A DNA stretch of 64,000 nt from Candidatus Bathyarchaeota archaeon (GTDB lineage Archaea > Thermoproteota > Bathyarchaeia > Bathyarchaeales > Bathycorpusculaceae), in assembly GCA_963775685.1 (NCBI GenBank), contig CAVZJV010000014.1, forward strand, positions 1,632,001 through 1,696,000. Direction: 5' to 3'. Below, piece by piece: positions 51,009-61,236 of the stretch (positions are counted from its first letter, which is position 1; each line of letters starts with the position of its first letter). The notes beneath the pieces were generated by a model. It made no database searches and was not told the origin of the DNA. It was given only the letters and a program-made list of their open reading frames with translations. Position numbers and translations under genes: made by a program.

Positions 51009-51398
51009 TTATTCTTTGCAGAAGAAACAGTTCTCCGCCCAACTCTGGGGCATTTCTTTCCGGCAGTGATTACACATTAAACCTTCTTCTCGAATAACCT
51101 GGCATGTTTTGCAGAAAAGCCTGAGGAGCGCTTTTTTGTTGTCAGGCTGTTTTATGAGGTGGATAACCATTTGTTCAATCAGGGTTACAACTTCGGTTGC
51201 GCCTTCAATATCTATCAGATTGCCTCGTTCCCTTCCAACATACCTGCTGACTGCGGACTGGGATAAGCCCAAGAGGTCTGCGGTTTGTTTTTCGTTTAAG
51301 CCATGTTTTTCCACGATAGATCTCGCCATTATCGCCTTTACTGCTGGCAGGACTGTTTTTACTCCCACTTCACACGGTAGTATCAAGTTGTGCACCAA
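51009..51398 (-). CDS. HTH regulator with Cys-rich C-terminus
   Basis: LPCE, LGLSQSAVSRY...RG, CxxC/CxxC/CxxC. Confidence 0.85.
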   Translation of the reverse strand: MVHNLILPCEVGVKTVLPAVKAIMARSIVEKHGLNEKQTADLLGLSQSAVSRYVGRERGNLIDIEGATEVVTLIEQMVIHLIKQPDNKKALLRLFCKTCQVIREEGLMCNHCRKEMPQSWAENCFFCKE

Positions 51399-51420
51399 TT
51401 AGAGTTATTTCTGGGGAAAA

Positions 51421-51455
51421 CATATTTAAATATGCCGCATGTCATAATTTATGAC
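51421..51455. promoter_or_regulatory. Palindromic TATA plus GTCATAA-T-TTATGAC operator
   Basis: CATATTTAAATATG at 51421-51434; inverted repeat at 51441-51455. Confidence 0.55.
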
Positions 51456-51543
51456 GCGTGTCAAAACGGGTAGCAACAAAAAACAATTTTACATCAACTC
51501 ACACAACCCGTTTAAACATACGCAAAAAAGGAGAATAAAAAAA

Positions 51544-52488
51544 ATGGGCGATGTCGTACAAACAACCCGAATCGGCGAAAACCGCGACTTATCATCAATG
51601 CTCAAAACACTCGACGCAGAATGCAGGATTTGCGCACCAACATCACCCTTAGAATGCATAACAAGATGTCAAGTCTACAAACTCAAAAATGAACTCCGCA
51701 AACTTCGCGAAACTATGGACAACCCCAACTATATAAAAGAACTATTCAACGTTTTAAAGAACGAAACACGCCTCCACATCCTAAAATCAATCGTTAACGG
51801 CAGGTACTCAGTCAGCCAGCTTCAGCAAGAACTGAAAAAAACTGGTCACTCACATAGTCAAGACACTATAAATGAAGAATACCTACAGCCTCTGATGGCG
51901 GTCGGGTTAGCAACCGAATCACGGGACGAATACTACGCAACCACATTCGGCGGACGCCTAACAAATTTGCTTGGAGCTTTTCCCGAGTTTGCATCGATGC
52001 TCCCAGCGCATTCAGAATGTTACGAAGAAACACTTCTACGCGAGTTGCTATCAGGTCCCAAAACTTTTGAACAAATAGAAACCTTAATTTCTTCAAAAAT
52101 AGCGTCAAGAATCCTAAAACGTTTACGCTCAGTTGGTTTAATAGAAACTCCCGAAGAGAGAGATTACATATTCTTCTTCCAATCCAAAAGAGACCCAGTA
52201 AAAGAAAACTTTACAGAAACCGAACGCAAAGTCTATGATTCCTTTCCCAAGGAAGGGATTTCAGCAGGCAAACTTGCCAAAGAAACAGGGCTCTCCATGC
52301 GCAGAACCTACAAGTACCTCAGGGGCTTGAAAGGCAAAAAACTTGTATTCATAAGAAAAAGCCCCAAAGCCTACGGTTTAACCTGCAAAGGTGAAATGTT
52401 AGCCACAGTATTGTCTGAGCTTCAACAGATAGTTGAAGATACTTGGTGCTCTTCACAGCAAGTTATCAGCAACAACGATAATGCATAG
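51544..52488 (+). CDS. Multi-wHTH protein with N-terminal Cys cluster
   Basis: CRIC-X6-CITRC followed by ArsR/MarR-like wHTH repeats. Confidence 0.75.
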   Translation: MGDVVQTTRIGENRDLSSMLKTLDAECRICAPTSPLECITRCQVYKLKNELRKLRETMDNPNYIKELFNVLKNETRLHILKSIVNGRYSVSQLQQELKKTGHSHSQDTINEEYLQPLMAVGLATESRDEYYATTFGGRLTNLLGAFPEFASMLPAHSECYEETLLRELLSGPKTFEQIETLISSKIASRILKRLRSVGLIETPEERDYIFFFQSKRDPVKENFTETERKVYDSFPKEGISAGKLAKETGLSMRRTYKYLRGLKGKKLVFIRKSPKAYGLTCKGEMLATVLSELQQIVEDTWCSSQQVISNNDNA

Positions 52489-52516
52489 GGCGTAAATTTA
52501 TTTTCTTTCTTTTTGT

Positions 52517-52996
52517 TTATCCGGGTGCGCCATGGAAAGGAACGTTTTCCCAGAGCATTTTCCACCAATCAGCCTCAGTTATGGTTTCGCCATGAACGAT
52601 TATTTCTAAAACCATCTTGAGCATTGCATGGTGTCTGCACTCATCGTCTAATATCGCTTTTAAGAGGAACACCACTTTTTCGTTTTCAATTTTCGGTATC
52701 TTTTCCTGGAGTACCCTGATTAATTTTGCTTCAATCTCTATGTGCTTTTTGACAAGTTCCCTTTGCTCATCAAGATTGCCTTGATTTAAAGCAGTAGAAG
52801 CTTCTGTCAACAGAATAACGGCTGCCGAATAAAGCTCAGCGTGCTTAATCGAATCCAAAGACACACCCTTCAAAACTCCTTTAACGGCTGGATTCTTCAT
52901 GTCAATGAGTGCTTTTTCAAGAGAAGCCACGATTTCGTTTTCAACATCAATCTGGTTCTTCAAGAAATCAAGGAGATCGTCCTTCTTTTTTTCCAT
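52517..52996 (-). CDS. Ferritin-like/rubrerythrin-family protein
   Basis: DSIKHAE, DECRHH. Confidence 0.8.
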   Translation of the reverse strand: MEKKKDDLLDFLKNQIDVENEIVASLEKALIDMKNPAVKGVLKGVSLDSIKHAELYSAAVILLTEASTALNQGNLDEQRELVKKHIEIEAKLIRVLQEKIPKIENEKVVFLLKAILDDECRHHAMLKMVLEIIVHGETITEADWWKMLWENVPFHGAPG

Positions 52997-53019
52997 AAAT
53001 TTTTCCCTAACGGTTATTG

Positions 53020-53469
53020 TTAAGCCTGATTCATCAAGCTTTCGGAAACCTTCTTGCCAAGTTCTTTGCAAGCATTTAGGATACCTTGGTCTGGTGTGTA
53101 TCTTGCAAGCAGGGGGTCTTCGAATATCTGCATTTCAAACTTGTTCTTCATGATTTCCAACAGAAGTTTTGGCGCTTCACCACTCCACCCGTATGAGCCA
53201 AAAGCTGCACCTATCTTGCCCTTAAAACTTGCGTTTTGCGCTGCTGCCTCTTCAAAGAGGTTCTTGAAATCAACTGGCATATCGTGATGGTAGGTTGGTG
53301 CACCAACAAGTACAGCATCATAAGAAGTCAAGCTTTCAGCATCTATATGATAGCTTAATTCTACATCAACGTCGCCGGTACTTTTTGCACCTTCGGCAAT
53401 GGCGTTTGCCATCTTTTCGGTATTTCCAGTTCGGCTATAATAAAGAACTAGGATTTTTTTCATAAACAA
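53020..53469 (-). CDS. Flavodoxin
   Basis: SRTGNTE, GAPTY, FGSYGWSG. Confidence 0.9.
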   Translation of the reverse strand: MFMKKILVLYYSRTGNTEKMANAIAEGAKSTGDVDVELSYHIDAESLTSYDAVLVGAPTYHHDMPVDFKNLFEEAAAQNASFKGKIGAAFGSYGWSGEAPKLLLEIMKNKFEMQIFEDPLLARYTPDQGILNACKELGKKVSESLMNQA

Positions 53470-53546
53470 AAAGTAAACAATAAGTTATTTCAACATTGCT
53501 ATTTTTGTTTTACGAATTACCAGTAAGAAAAATCGCATTTATGGAT

Positions 53547-53813
53547 CTACAAACTCGATTTACTACCCATCCCTGATTGCTTTCTGACGGACATAGCTAT
53601 ATTTCTTGTCGTTCTATTTCCTCTGTTTTCTCCGCCTTTACGTCCAATTTCTCTATAGAATTCTGCCCCTCGCTCCTCAGCCACTTTCGTCCCACACTTT
53701 CGCCCGATCTCTCTGTAAAATGCGGTACCTCTTTCCCTAAACACCTTCTTACCGCCCTTTCGCCCAGCCTCTTGCCTTGTCATTTTTCGCCCTACTTCAT
53801 TTTTCACTGCCAA
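53547..53813 (-). CDS. KGG/GsiB-like general stress protein
   Basis: EAGRKGG and FYREIGRKGG repeats; GGAGGTG RBS before TTG. Confidence 0.85.
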   Translation of the reverse strand: MAVKNEVGRKMTRQEAGRKGGKKVFRERGTAFYREIGRKCGTKVAEERGAEFYREIGRKGGENRGNRTTRNIAMSVRKQSGMGSKSSL

Positions 53814-54028
53814 TACTATTTCACCTCCATAACTCAAAAATCGCCTCGATATTCTAGTTCCGTTGGTTAGCCCTTAAGCCTATGTGGGCTCAAAGAAGCA
53901 ATCACAAACCCATCAAGCATAAATGCGGTAAACGGTTTAGTGATTTAAGCCGAAATTTTTCGGCAAGGAGTGCCATAGTGAATGGGCCTTAAAGGAATTT
54001 AACAATCGCAAAAAATTAAGAGACTAAT

Positions 54029-54217
54029 CTATTCTTCTTCGTGTTCTCTTCCTTCCTTGATAAGTCTGCGGACTCTTTGTCCTCCTTTTGGCCCACCTAT
54101 CTTTCCTCCTTTGCGGCCAATTTCGCTGTAGAATTCTTCGCCGTGAGTTGCAGAAGTTTTAAGTCCGCCTCTGCGACCTGCTTCTTGAACCGTCATTTTG
54201 CCTTTCTTTTCTTCCAT
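54029..54217 (-). CDS. KGG/GsiB-like general stress protein
   Basis: HGEEFYSEIGRKGG; GGAGGTG RBS. Confidence 0.9.
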   Translation of the reverse strand: MEEKKGKMTVQEAGRRGGLKTSATHGEEFYSEIGRKGGKIGGPKGGQRVRRLIKEGREHEEE

Positions 54218-54311
54218 AAAATCACCTCCACTTAAAAAATAAATAAAGACTTAAAAACGGGAAAAATAAGCCCAGCTGAAAAGATTAAATACTGGTCAGT
54301 TAAGAGATTGC

Positions 54312-54629
54312 TTATTCTTCCTCGTGCTCCTTTCCTGCTTCGATTAGCCGTCGAACTCTTTGTCCGCCTCTGTGACCAGCTTCTTCAAGACTTGTTTTGC
54401 CAATTGCTTCTGGGGAACCTTCATGTTGCTTGGCTCGTTCAGAACCGCCTTTGCTGCCTATTTCACTATAAAATTCGGGACCTCGTTCAGCAGAGACTTT
54501 TTCGCCTCCTTTGCGGCCGATTTCTTCGTAGAATTCTCGACCATGAGTTGAAGCTGTTTTTTCTCCGCCTTTCCTGCCAGCTTCCGCGACAGTCATTTTA
54601 CCTTTTCGTTCTTCGGGTCGTGTACTCAA
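54312..54629 (-). CDS. KGG/GsiB-like general stress protein
   Basis: 20-aa EFYxEIGxKGGE repeats; GGAGGTG RBS. Confidence 0.9.
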   Translation of the reverse strand: MSTRPEERKGKMTVAEAGRKGGEKTASTHGREFYEEIGRKGGEKVSAERGPEFYSEIGSKGGSERAKQHEGSPEAIGKTSLEEAGHRGGQRVRRLIEAGKEHEEE

Positions 54630-54696
54630 AAATTCACCTCCTATCTTAACAACTGAAAAGTTAACATAAAAATAGAGCCGAACAACCGCTCATAAA

Positions 54697-54717
54697 GCTA
54701 TGTTGTAGTGACATAGC
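54697..54717. promoter_or_regulatory. Inverted repeat GCTATGT-N7-ACATAGC
   Basis: Abuts the TTTATG box upstream of the KGG genes. Confidence 0.45.
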
Positions 54718-54868
54718 AGTAACATGCTAACTATACGTCAACAATAACCGCGATTTAAGCGCAAATAGACACAAATCAGCTAACCTCTCCATCGTTAAAT
54801 CTTAACCGCATATTATAAGTTAATTTAAATATCTGGAAAATGTCAACTAAATAATCATTGGGTACACA

Positions 54869-56356
54869 ATGAAAGTGCTTCTAATCAATCCGCCGCAGAC
54901 GTTCTATCGGGGTTCCGAGCAGCCTGCTGGCAACCTACCTATTGGTTTAATGTATATAGCTGCGGTTTTGAAGAAGTCAGGTTACTCAGTTGAGATTCTG
55001 GATGCGTTCATGGCAGACTGCGTCTTTCAAGAGAACGATGAAACCATAAATGTGGGCTTATCCTTTGACCAAATCAAACAGGAAATCGAGTTTCGAAAAC
55101 CCGATATCATTGGCATCGCTGGACCCTTCAGCTGTCAAATAGGCAACGCCTTAAAAATCAGTGACCTCGCCAAACAAATTAACCAAAATATTTTAACCGT
55201 TGTTGGGGGGCCACATGTAACGTTGGTGCCTAAACAATTCTTGGAGGAAGCAATTGATGTTGACGTTGTTGTTATGGGCGAGGGAGAATATGCTATGCTT
55301 GAGATCGTTGAGGCCTTTGAGGGCAAAAGACAGTTCAGCATGATATTTGGGATTGCCTACCGACAAAATGGCGAAGTTACGGTTAATCCTCCTAGACCGT
55401 TTATTCAGCAACTAGATGAGTTGCCTTACCCGGCCTATGACTTGGTAGATATGGAGCTTTACCTTAACCCCCAGAAGATTGGTTACCGTAGCTTCCAGGG
55501 TCGAGCCATATCCATGATCACAAGTCGTGGCTGCCCGTTTAACTGTTGTTTCTGTGCCGTCCACTTGCACATGGGACAGAACTTTAGAGCGCATTCGGCA
55601 AAATACGTTTTGGAACACATCCAATATGTCGTTGACAAGTTTAAGGTAAAAAACATCTTTTTCGAAGATGATAACCTGACATTGGACATTAAACGTTTCG
55701 AGGCAATCTGTGACGGAATAATCGAGCGTAAAATAAAGATTGGTTGGGAAACTCCAAACGGAGTTCGTGCAGACTACCTAAACTTGAGTTTGCTCAAGAA
55801 AATGAAACAGTCTGGCGCAAATAGCATTTTTGTGGGAGTTGAATCAGGTGACCAGCAAATCCTCGACAATGTCATTTGCAAGAGCCTGGACCTAAACCGT
55901 GTGGTCCAATTCGCAAAAGACGCCAAACAAATAGGGTTGAAAACAGGCGCCTTCTACATCATCGGCTTTCCTGGCGAAACAAAGCAGAATATGCAGCGAA
56001 CCGTTGATTTTGCACTTGAGTTGAAACGGAAATACGATGTTGGGATGCACTTGTTCGTGGCGACACCCTCCTATGGGACAAGGTTGTATGAGGACTGCAG
56101 ATCTAAGGGCTATATCCAGGAGAATCTAAATTGGAACTCTTTTGCTGAGGCAAGACAACCAAAGGGCATGCCGCTTATCACAACAAACGAGTTCACACCT
56201 GCCGAAGTCAAGGAGATAGCGGCAAGGGCATTGGCTGAATACAAGAGACTGTTGCTAATAAATCACCTTAAGAATCCACGCAAGGCGTTAAAAACAGCTT
56301 TTGCGCAGCCACAGCTTATAGGAAAATACTTAAGAAATTTACTTGGATTAACATGA
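54869..56356 (+). CDS. B12-binding radical SAM protein
   Basis: GGPH, GEGE, TSRGCPFNCCFC. Confidence 0.9.
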   Translation: MKVLLINPPQTFYRGSEQPAGNLPIGLMYIAAVLKKSGYSVEILDAFMADCVFQENDETINVGLSFDQIKQEIEFRKPDIIGIAGPFSCQIGNALKISDLAKQINQNILTVVGGPHVTLVPKQFLEEAIDVDVVVMGEGEYAMLEIVEAFEGKRQFSMIFGIAYRQNGEVTVNPPRPFIQQLDELPYPAYDLVDMELYLNPQKIGYRSFQGRAISMITSRGCPFNCCFCAVHLHMGQNFRAHSAKYVLEHIQYVVDKFKVKNIFFEDDNLTLDIKRFEAICDGIIERKIKIGWETPNGVRADYLNLSLLKKMKQSGANSIFVGVESGDQQILDNVICKSLDLNRVVQFAKDAKQIGLKTGAFYIIGFPGETKQNMQRTVDFALELKRKYDVGMHLFVATPSYGTRLYEDCRSKGYIQENLNWNSFAEARQPKGMPLITTNEFTPAEVKEIAARALAEYKRLLLINHLKNPRKALKTAFAQPQLIGKYLRNLLGLT

Positions 56357-56943
56357 AAAATGCTATCAAAAACAAAAATTATCTGCTATAGAAGGATTAA
56401 ACTTAACATAACTTGATCTGTGAAGGCGTCTTTTTTTGTGGGATTCTTTTGTTTGATAGAAGAACAACAGTTGAATTTGCAGCAATGGAAGCCTTGTTTT
56501 GAGTTGCTTTTTTGATTTAGGGCTTGTGGTGTCTGCAGGGTGCGTCTGGAAAAGTCATAAAATGTCATAGAAAGTCTGAAAAATGCTTTGCCGATCAATT
56601 GTCAAGCAACTAACCAGACCAACTTTCCATGGGTTAGCTTCCAATATTATGTTTAAAGTAGCAGCGCCTAGCGTGCGTTTACGTGTCTGAGACGAGGTTA
56701 TCCTGTAGTCTTTTGGGGGTTTAACTGTTTTAGCTGGTCGGTAGCACTGAGAAAGCAATGTCAATCTTGCAAACGTAGATCGGGTTAGGAAAATGTCAGC
56801 ACGAAATGCCTTTGTCTAATTTGATTGTTCGATTGCCAGCGGAGAATCGCTTTTTATAAGCCAAAACAAGAGTTGTTAGTTTTTTCAAGAATTAATTCGC
56901 GATTATAATGAAGGTTTCTTTGGCCAAAACTGCGCTGTCATTG

Positions 56944-57738
56944 TTACACTTCTTGACTTTCAGGTTTTCCAATTAAGAAAGGTTGCAGTTCACCATGTAA
57001 ACTAATCTGTCGATAATATGCAATCCAGCCATAATGTAAACTGTTAAGAATGTTTTCAATTCTTTGTTTTTCCTCACAAAATGTCTTTGCTGCTTTACCC
57101 GTCTGTTTATGCACTTCGATGATTAAAATAGGCTTATTTTTTGTGATAGTCTCTTTTGCGCCGTATAGGATAGGCGTTTCGTAGCCTTCTGTGTCTATTT
57201 TGATTACCCCCACTTTGGACAGGTGCATGCTGTCTAATTTTCTGACTGTTATATCGATTGTTCTGCCCCCAGGCAGGTTGATTTCTTCATCCATGGTTCC
57301 TGTTACACCGAAGGCTGTATAACCTAAACGTCCAACAGCATCCTTATCTCCAATAGCGTAAGGGAACGGGTGAACATTAGGGAATTTTTTAGCTCGCTCC
57401 TTCAAAATGTTGTATGCTTTAGGCATTGGCTCAAATGCATAAACTTCAAAGCCTTTTTTGGCAACAAAAAAAGTCCAGCCGCCAATATTTGCTCCAGCGT
57501 CAATGAGACACTTTCCAGATGGGGGTACCATATATTTTCTGAGGAAGTCTTCGCTGCCGCTGTCTTCATAGTCTGATAGGTCGCCTACCTTGTTAAAAAA
57601 ATCATAAACTACTGACGGGAAAGGTACTCTTCGACGGTTAAGTATACGAACAAGAATATTCACTATTGTTAATGCATTACCTTTATTCAAAACGATGTCG
57701 TCAATTTGTGCCTGTGTCTTTTTGATGTAGGCTGCCAT
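56944..57738 (-). CDS. FkbM family methyltransferase
   Basis: DAGANIG, FEP, KIDTEGYE. Confidence 0.9.
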   Translation of the reverse strand: MAAYIKKTQAQIDDIVLNKGNALTIVNILVRILNRRRVPFPSVVYDFFNKVGDLSDYEDSGSEDFLRKYMVPPSGKCLIDAGANIGGWTFFVAKKGFEVYAFEPMPKAYNILKERAKKFPNVHPFPYAIGDKDAVGRLGYTAFGVTGTMDEEINLPGGRTIDITVRKLDSMHLSKVGVIKIDTEGYETPILYGAKETITKNKPILIIEVHKQTGKAAKTFCEEKQRIENILNSLHYGWIAYYRQISLHGELQPFLIGKPESQEV

Positions 57739-58043
57739 AATTTATGCTATTTCGCAGACGACATATAATTGTTACGTAATTGTTAAGACAACAATTGCAT
57801 ACAGCAAATCAAATATTTTATCTAAAGCCTGTTGATTCTATAGATACCAGGGAAAAACTCTGAGCCACTTATCTTACTCAACAATCCAGTTACGATCACT
57901 AAAACAATGAACCCTGCAATCTTACTGGAATGGTGGACTAAAATTTCACATCGATATAAAGCAATGTAGTTGACAAAGCAATCGTCCGACCTGAGTCCAA
58001 TAATTAAGGAAGTGCAGGTTGCAGAATAGTTTATTTTGGAGGG

Positions 58044-58066
58044 GTCGGACCCGCTGGGGTTCGATC
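58044..58066 (-). repeat. tRNA-Arg 3'-end relic (att-like), distal copy
   Basis: 18/23 match to the tRNA 3' end. Confidence 0.55.
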
Positions 58067-58670
58067 GCGCTGAGACGGATTTATCCTGTTGCTGCTTGCT
58101 GAATTAATGTCTGCTAATCACTGAGAGCGATGACTTTTGAGGTTTGTTTGGTCTTTGTAGGTGATTGCATCCTTGATAGTTCCTCTTTTGTTAGCAGTTG
58201 GTCTCGACTCATTCGTAGTTCCTACTTAACGCCGTTAGTGCGTTTATTTTTGTACATATATTTGGTTTTTCTTTTTGTGTGGGTGCGGCGTCCTAAAATC
58301 GCACACCACACTTGTGGCTTTGGAACGTTTGCTTTCTTAGTTTAGGTTGCGTTTCTATTGTATTTTAAGTGTGAAGAGAGGTTTGTTCCACACAGTCAAC
58401 ATGGAACCTATGTTGAATATTGTGAATGTGAGTGTGCAAGCATGTTAGCGACACCAGTTCTATGTCTTAATTAGGAATTTTTCCTAAAAAATCCAAAATA
58501 TTAGTCCAACTTATTTCCGCATCCTTCGTTGCAGGGCTAAAGCAAAAAGGCTCAAATGGGCGATTCTTTGTTGCTGCTTTAGGGCGCTATGATAAGAGTT
58601 ACAGAAAAGTGTAACAACATTAGATTTTAGAACGACAATCAAAACGCAAATCAAGCTCTAAATGCTAGAA

Positions 58671-58694
58671 CAATGGCGGACCCGCTGGGACTCG
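58671..58694 (-). repeat. tRNA-Arg 3'-end relic (att-like), proximal copy
   Basis: 21/24 match to 60608-60631. Confidence 0.75.
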
Positions 58695-58799
58695 CCTAAT
58701 TATATAAGCGAATCTCTATTTGCTAAATTTTTGCACTAAAAATATCAAGTAAGGTTAGATAAAATGAACTGGACGCAAGAATGCTTGCTCAATGTAACT

Positions 58800-59510
58800 T
58801 TAGCTTTTTTCATTGAGCGAACCTTTAGGAAGACGAATCTTAATTGTTTTCTTGTAGATTGCTAGGGCGAAGGTGAATATCCAAACCATATATGGGATAA
58901 GGGCTGCTCGCTGGATTAGACCAGCCCAATCGTTGAAGGCATTTGGGGCTGCCGGTGGCACTGCAGGACCAATACGCAAAACGATTACAGCAGCGACAAT
59001 GATTATAGTCGCGGCGAGGGTCCAAGATTTGAGCGGTTGCCATTCGGGGTCGCTGCTGAAGCGTCGCCAGAACACAAAGCAGCTTATTGGCATTAACAGG
59101 AACACGAATGCACCTAAGAGCTGATGTACTATTCCGTGCAAACTCATCTGCGCAAATGAGGTACTTGCAAAGTCCATAACAAAAGGTCCTGAAAACAGAA
59201 GGCAAAACCCAATAACCGCCAGAAGGATAGGACCAGATTTAGATGATTTGCCACCCTTAAACTCAGCAGCAACCCCAAAGGCGAAGACAAGCAACAGAAC
59301 ACCAGAAATCATAAAATTTGCAATTTGAATCCCACCACTAGAACCTAAAGATAGCTCACTCACATACATTGCAAAAGGATTATAACCAACGCGCAACCAG
59401 CCTTCAATTGTAAATACTACTACGAAAAAGGCCGACCCAAACATGCCAGCCAATGCCCCAATTCTGACAAGATTTGCATGGTGTGATAATCTTTGTTGCA
59501 TGTTTTTCAA
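58800..59510 (-). CDS. DUF998 membrane protein
   Basis: YVSELSLG, GPFVMD, HGIVH, GLIQR. Confidence 0.8.
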   Translation of the reverse strand: MKNMQQRLSHHANLVRIGALAGMFGSAFFVVVFTIEGWLRVGYNPFAMYVSELSLGSSGGIQIANFMISGVLLLVFAFGVAAEFKGGKSSKSGPILLAVIGFCLLFSGPFVMDFASTSFAQMSLHGIVHQLLGAFVFLLMPISCFVFWRRFSSDPEWQPLKSWTLAATIIIVAAVIVLRIGPAVPPAAPNAFNDWAGLIQRAALIPYMVWIFTFALAIYKKTIKIRLPKGSLNEKS

Positions 59511-59607
59511 CTTCAGTTAGCTCCATATTATGGCAGGGCTTCAGATTAAGGTTTTAGCGAATATGCTCGCCTTTTAGGATATATTTAGGCGTGAACTATA
59601 ACTGTAT

Positions 59608-60360
59608 ATGTTGCGCAAGCTTGTTATGGAGTTATCACTTAAGGACTTAGGTAGAAATCTGAAAGAGGCAAATCTGAAGAGCTTTGGAAAAACCACAACA
59701 GAGTCTTCAGGTCAGCAGGCATTTTCTGAGTTGCAAGGGTTGAATGTGGTTAAGATGTTGCAGAAAGTCAAGAAGTTAGAGATGCAACATCTTCTCAGGT
59801 TTGACCAAGACGGATTTGCAGCCATAATCAAAGTTGAAACCAAACATTCCTCTGACAACGTTGAAGACGTAATGAGCAGCATACTTGAGATTGCCAATGG
59901 CAAACTTCAGCTTTTAGAGAAAGAAAAAGAAGGCGCATACACTTATTTTGTTAAAGGTAAACTGCCCAATCCAAGCCTAGAAACAAATAGCAAAAAAATC
60001 ATGTATCCGGTCCCCCCGTTCAGTTTCAAGGAGGGAAAATTCAGGTATACTTTGCTGGGCGATAGCAGACAGCTCAAAGAGCTACTTGAGACATTCAACA
60101 CCTTTGGTCTGCGCTATAAAATAATCTCGCTTATGGATGCAAGATTCTCTCCCAGCTCACCTATTAGCCGTTTAACAGAAAAACAAAGAGAGGCCATCAA
60201 CTTAGCGTTTAAACTTGGATATTTTGATACACCCAGAAAGATAAACGTGGAACAGCTTGCGACAAAACTTAGCTTAGCAAGCTCCACCTTGGCAGTGCAT
60301 TTAAGAAGAGCAGAAAAACGCCTCCTCGCTATAATGCTAAGCGAAGAAACACAGCTCTGA
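59608..60360 (+). CDS. HTH_10 (Bat-type) transcriptional regulator
   Basis: LTEKQRE...GYFDTPR...HLRRAE. Confidence 0.9.
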   Translation: MLRKLVMELSLKDLGRNLKEANLKSFGKTTTESSGQQAFSELQGLNVVKMLQKVKKLEMQHLLRFDQDGFAAIIKVETKHSSDNVEDVMSSILEIANGKLQLLEKEKEGAYTYFVKGKLPNPSLETNSKKIMYPVPPFSFKEGKFRYTLLGDSRQLKELLETFNTFGLRYKIISLMDARFSPSSPISRLTEKQREAINLAFKLGYFDTPRKINVEQLATKLSLASSTLAVHLRRAEKRLLAIMLSEETQL

Positions 60361-60610
60361 AAACTTTTAGCATACAGCTGTTCCCACAATACTGGCTTTT
60401 AATGCACTGGTTTATATAATTTAGTCATTTAAAACCAAGATAAGGGATGTCATTTTGGTTGGAGTCGGTCGATGCAGGATTGCCCCGAAAAATAAGCGAA
60501 GAAAAGTAACAAACTAATAGCTTGGCAGATACGCCAGTGCCATAAGCGGCTAACTTTAACATTGAGCCATTTTTGCTAAAGGATTTGCTTAATAGAATAA
60601 GCGAATCCAA

Positions 60611-60689
60611 TGGCGGGCCCGCTGGGATTTGAACCCAGGATTCTCGGCTCCGGAGGCCGATGCCTTAATCCGTGCTAGACTACGAGCCC
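60611..60689 (-). tRNA. tRNA-Arg (CCG)
   Basis: TCGGC-CTCCGGA-GCCGA anticodon arm, GTTCAAATC, encoded CCA, TTTAAA upstream. Confidence 0.95.
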
Positions 60690-60729
60690 ACAACGCCAAA
60701 CAAACAGACCTTATCGATTTAAAGCTAAC

Positions 60730-61236
60730 TTATTCCTGAATCAGTTCCCGGTCTATCCACCAAGCTTTCTTCTTTCCGGACCGTTCGCCAGCGTAATATT
60801 CAATTATGGATTTTCCAATTTGTTTTTTGCTGGTTTTCTGAATTTTGCGCAACCGATTAAGTATGAGCCAACGATTAGTTTTAACATAATCTGCCATTTC
60901 AGGCGTGGTTGCCGACTTGTAATGCATTAGGTACTCCATGATTTTGTGGTCTACTTCGTCTATACAGTAGGCGTGAGGGTCAATTTTTCCATGTTGAAAC
61001 GTGAGGATTTCCAGTTCAGCGAGGTACTTACGGATTTGGCCAAATTCCTGCTCGATTTTGTCCATACGCTCCTGCAGTGCCATCAGAGTATTAGGTTTAG
61101 GTGTTTTCTGAAGTTTTTCAGCTATAGCTTCGCGGATAAAGGTGCTTCTGTCTCCTTCTGGGATGCGCAGAGCCATTTCATGGTAGACTTCTTCGGGCAC
61201 TTTTACGGTGACTGTTCGCGTCTCGCTCACACTCAT
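60730..61236 (-). CDS. RHH + coiled-coil + wHTH protein
   Basis: TVTVKVP...RSTFIREAI; IDEVDHKI...TTPEMA. Confidence 0.75.
   Translation of the reverse strand: MSVSETRTVTVKVPEEVYHEMALRIPEGDRSTFIREAIAEKLQKTPKPNTLMALQERMDKIEQEFGQIRKYLAELEILTFQHGKIDPHAYCIDEVDHKIMEYLMHYKSATTPEMADYVKTNRWLILNRLRKIQKTSKKQIGKSIIEYYAGERSGKKKAWWIDRELIQE

Noticed and set aside
56386-58345. ORFs 56386-56598, 56555-56764 and 58130-58345
   Set aside because: No recognisable domain or RBS; likely island debris
3637-60689. One 57-kb provirus between the 3637 relic and tRNA-Arg
   Set aside because: Interval holds core genes (his operon, initiator tRNA, ino1) and the match is only 20/26, so the relic may derive from another tRNA
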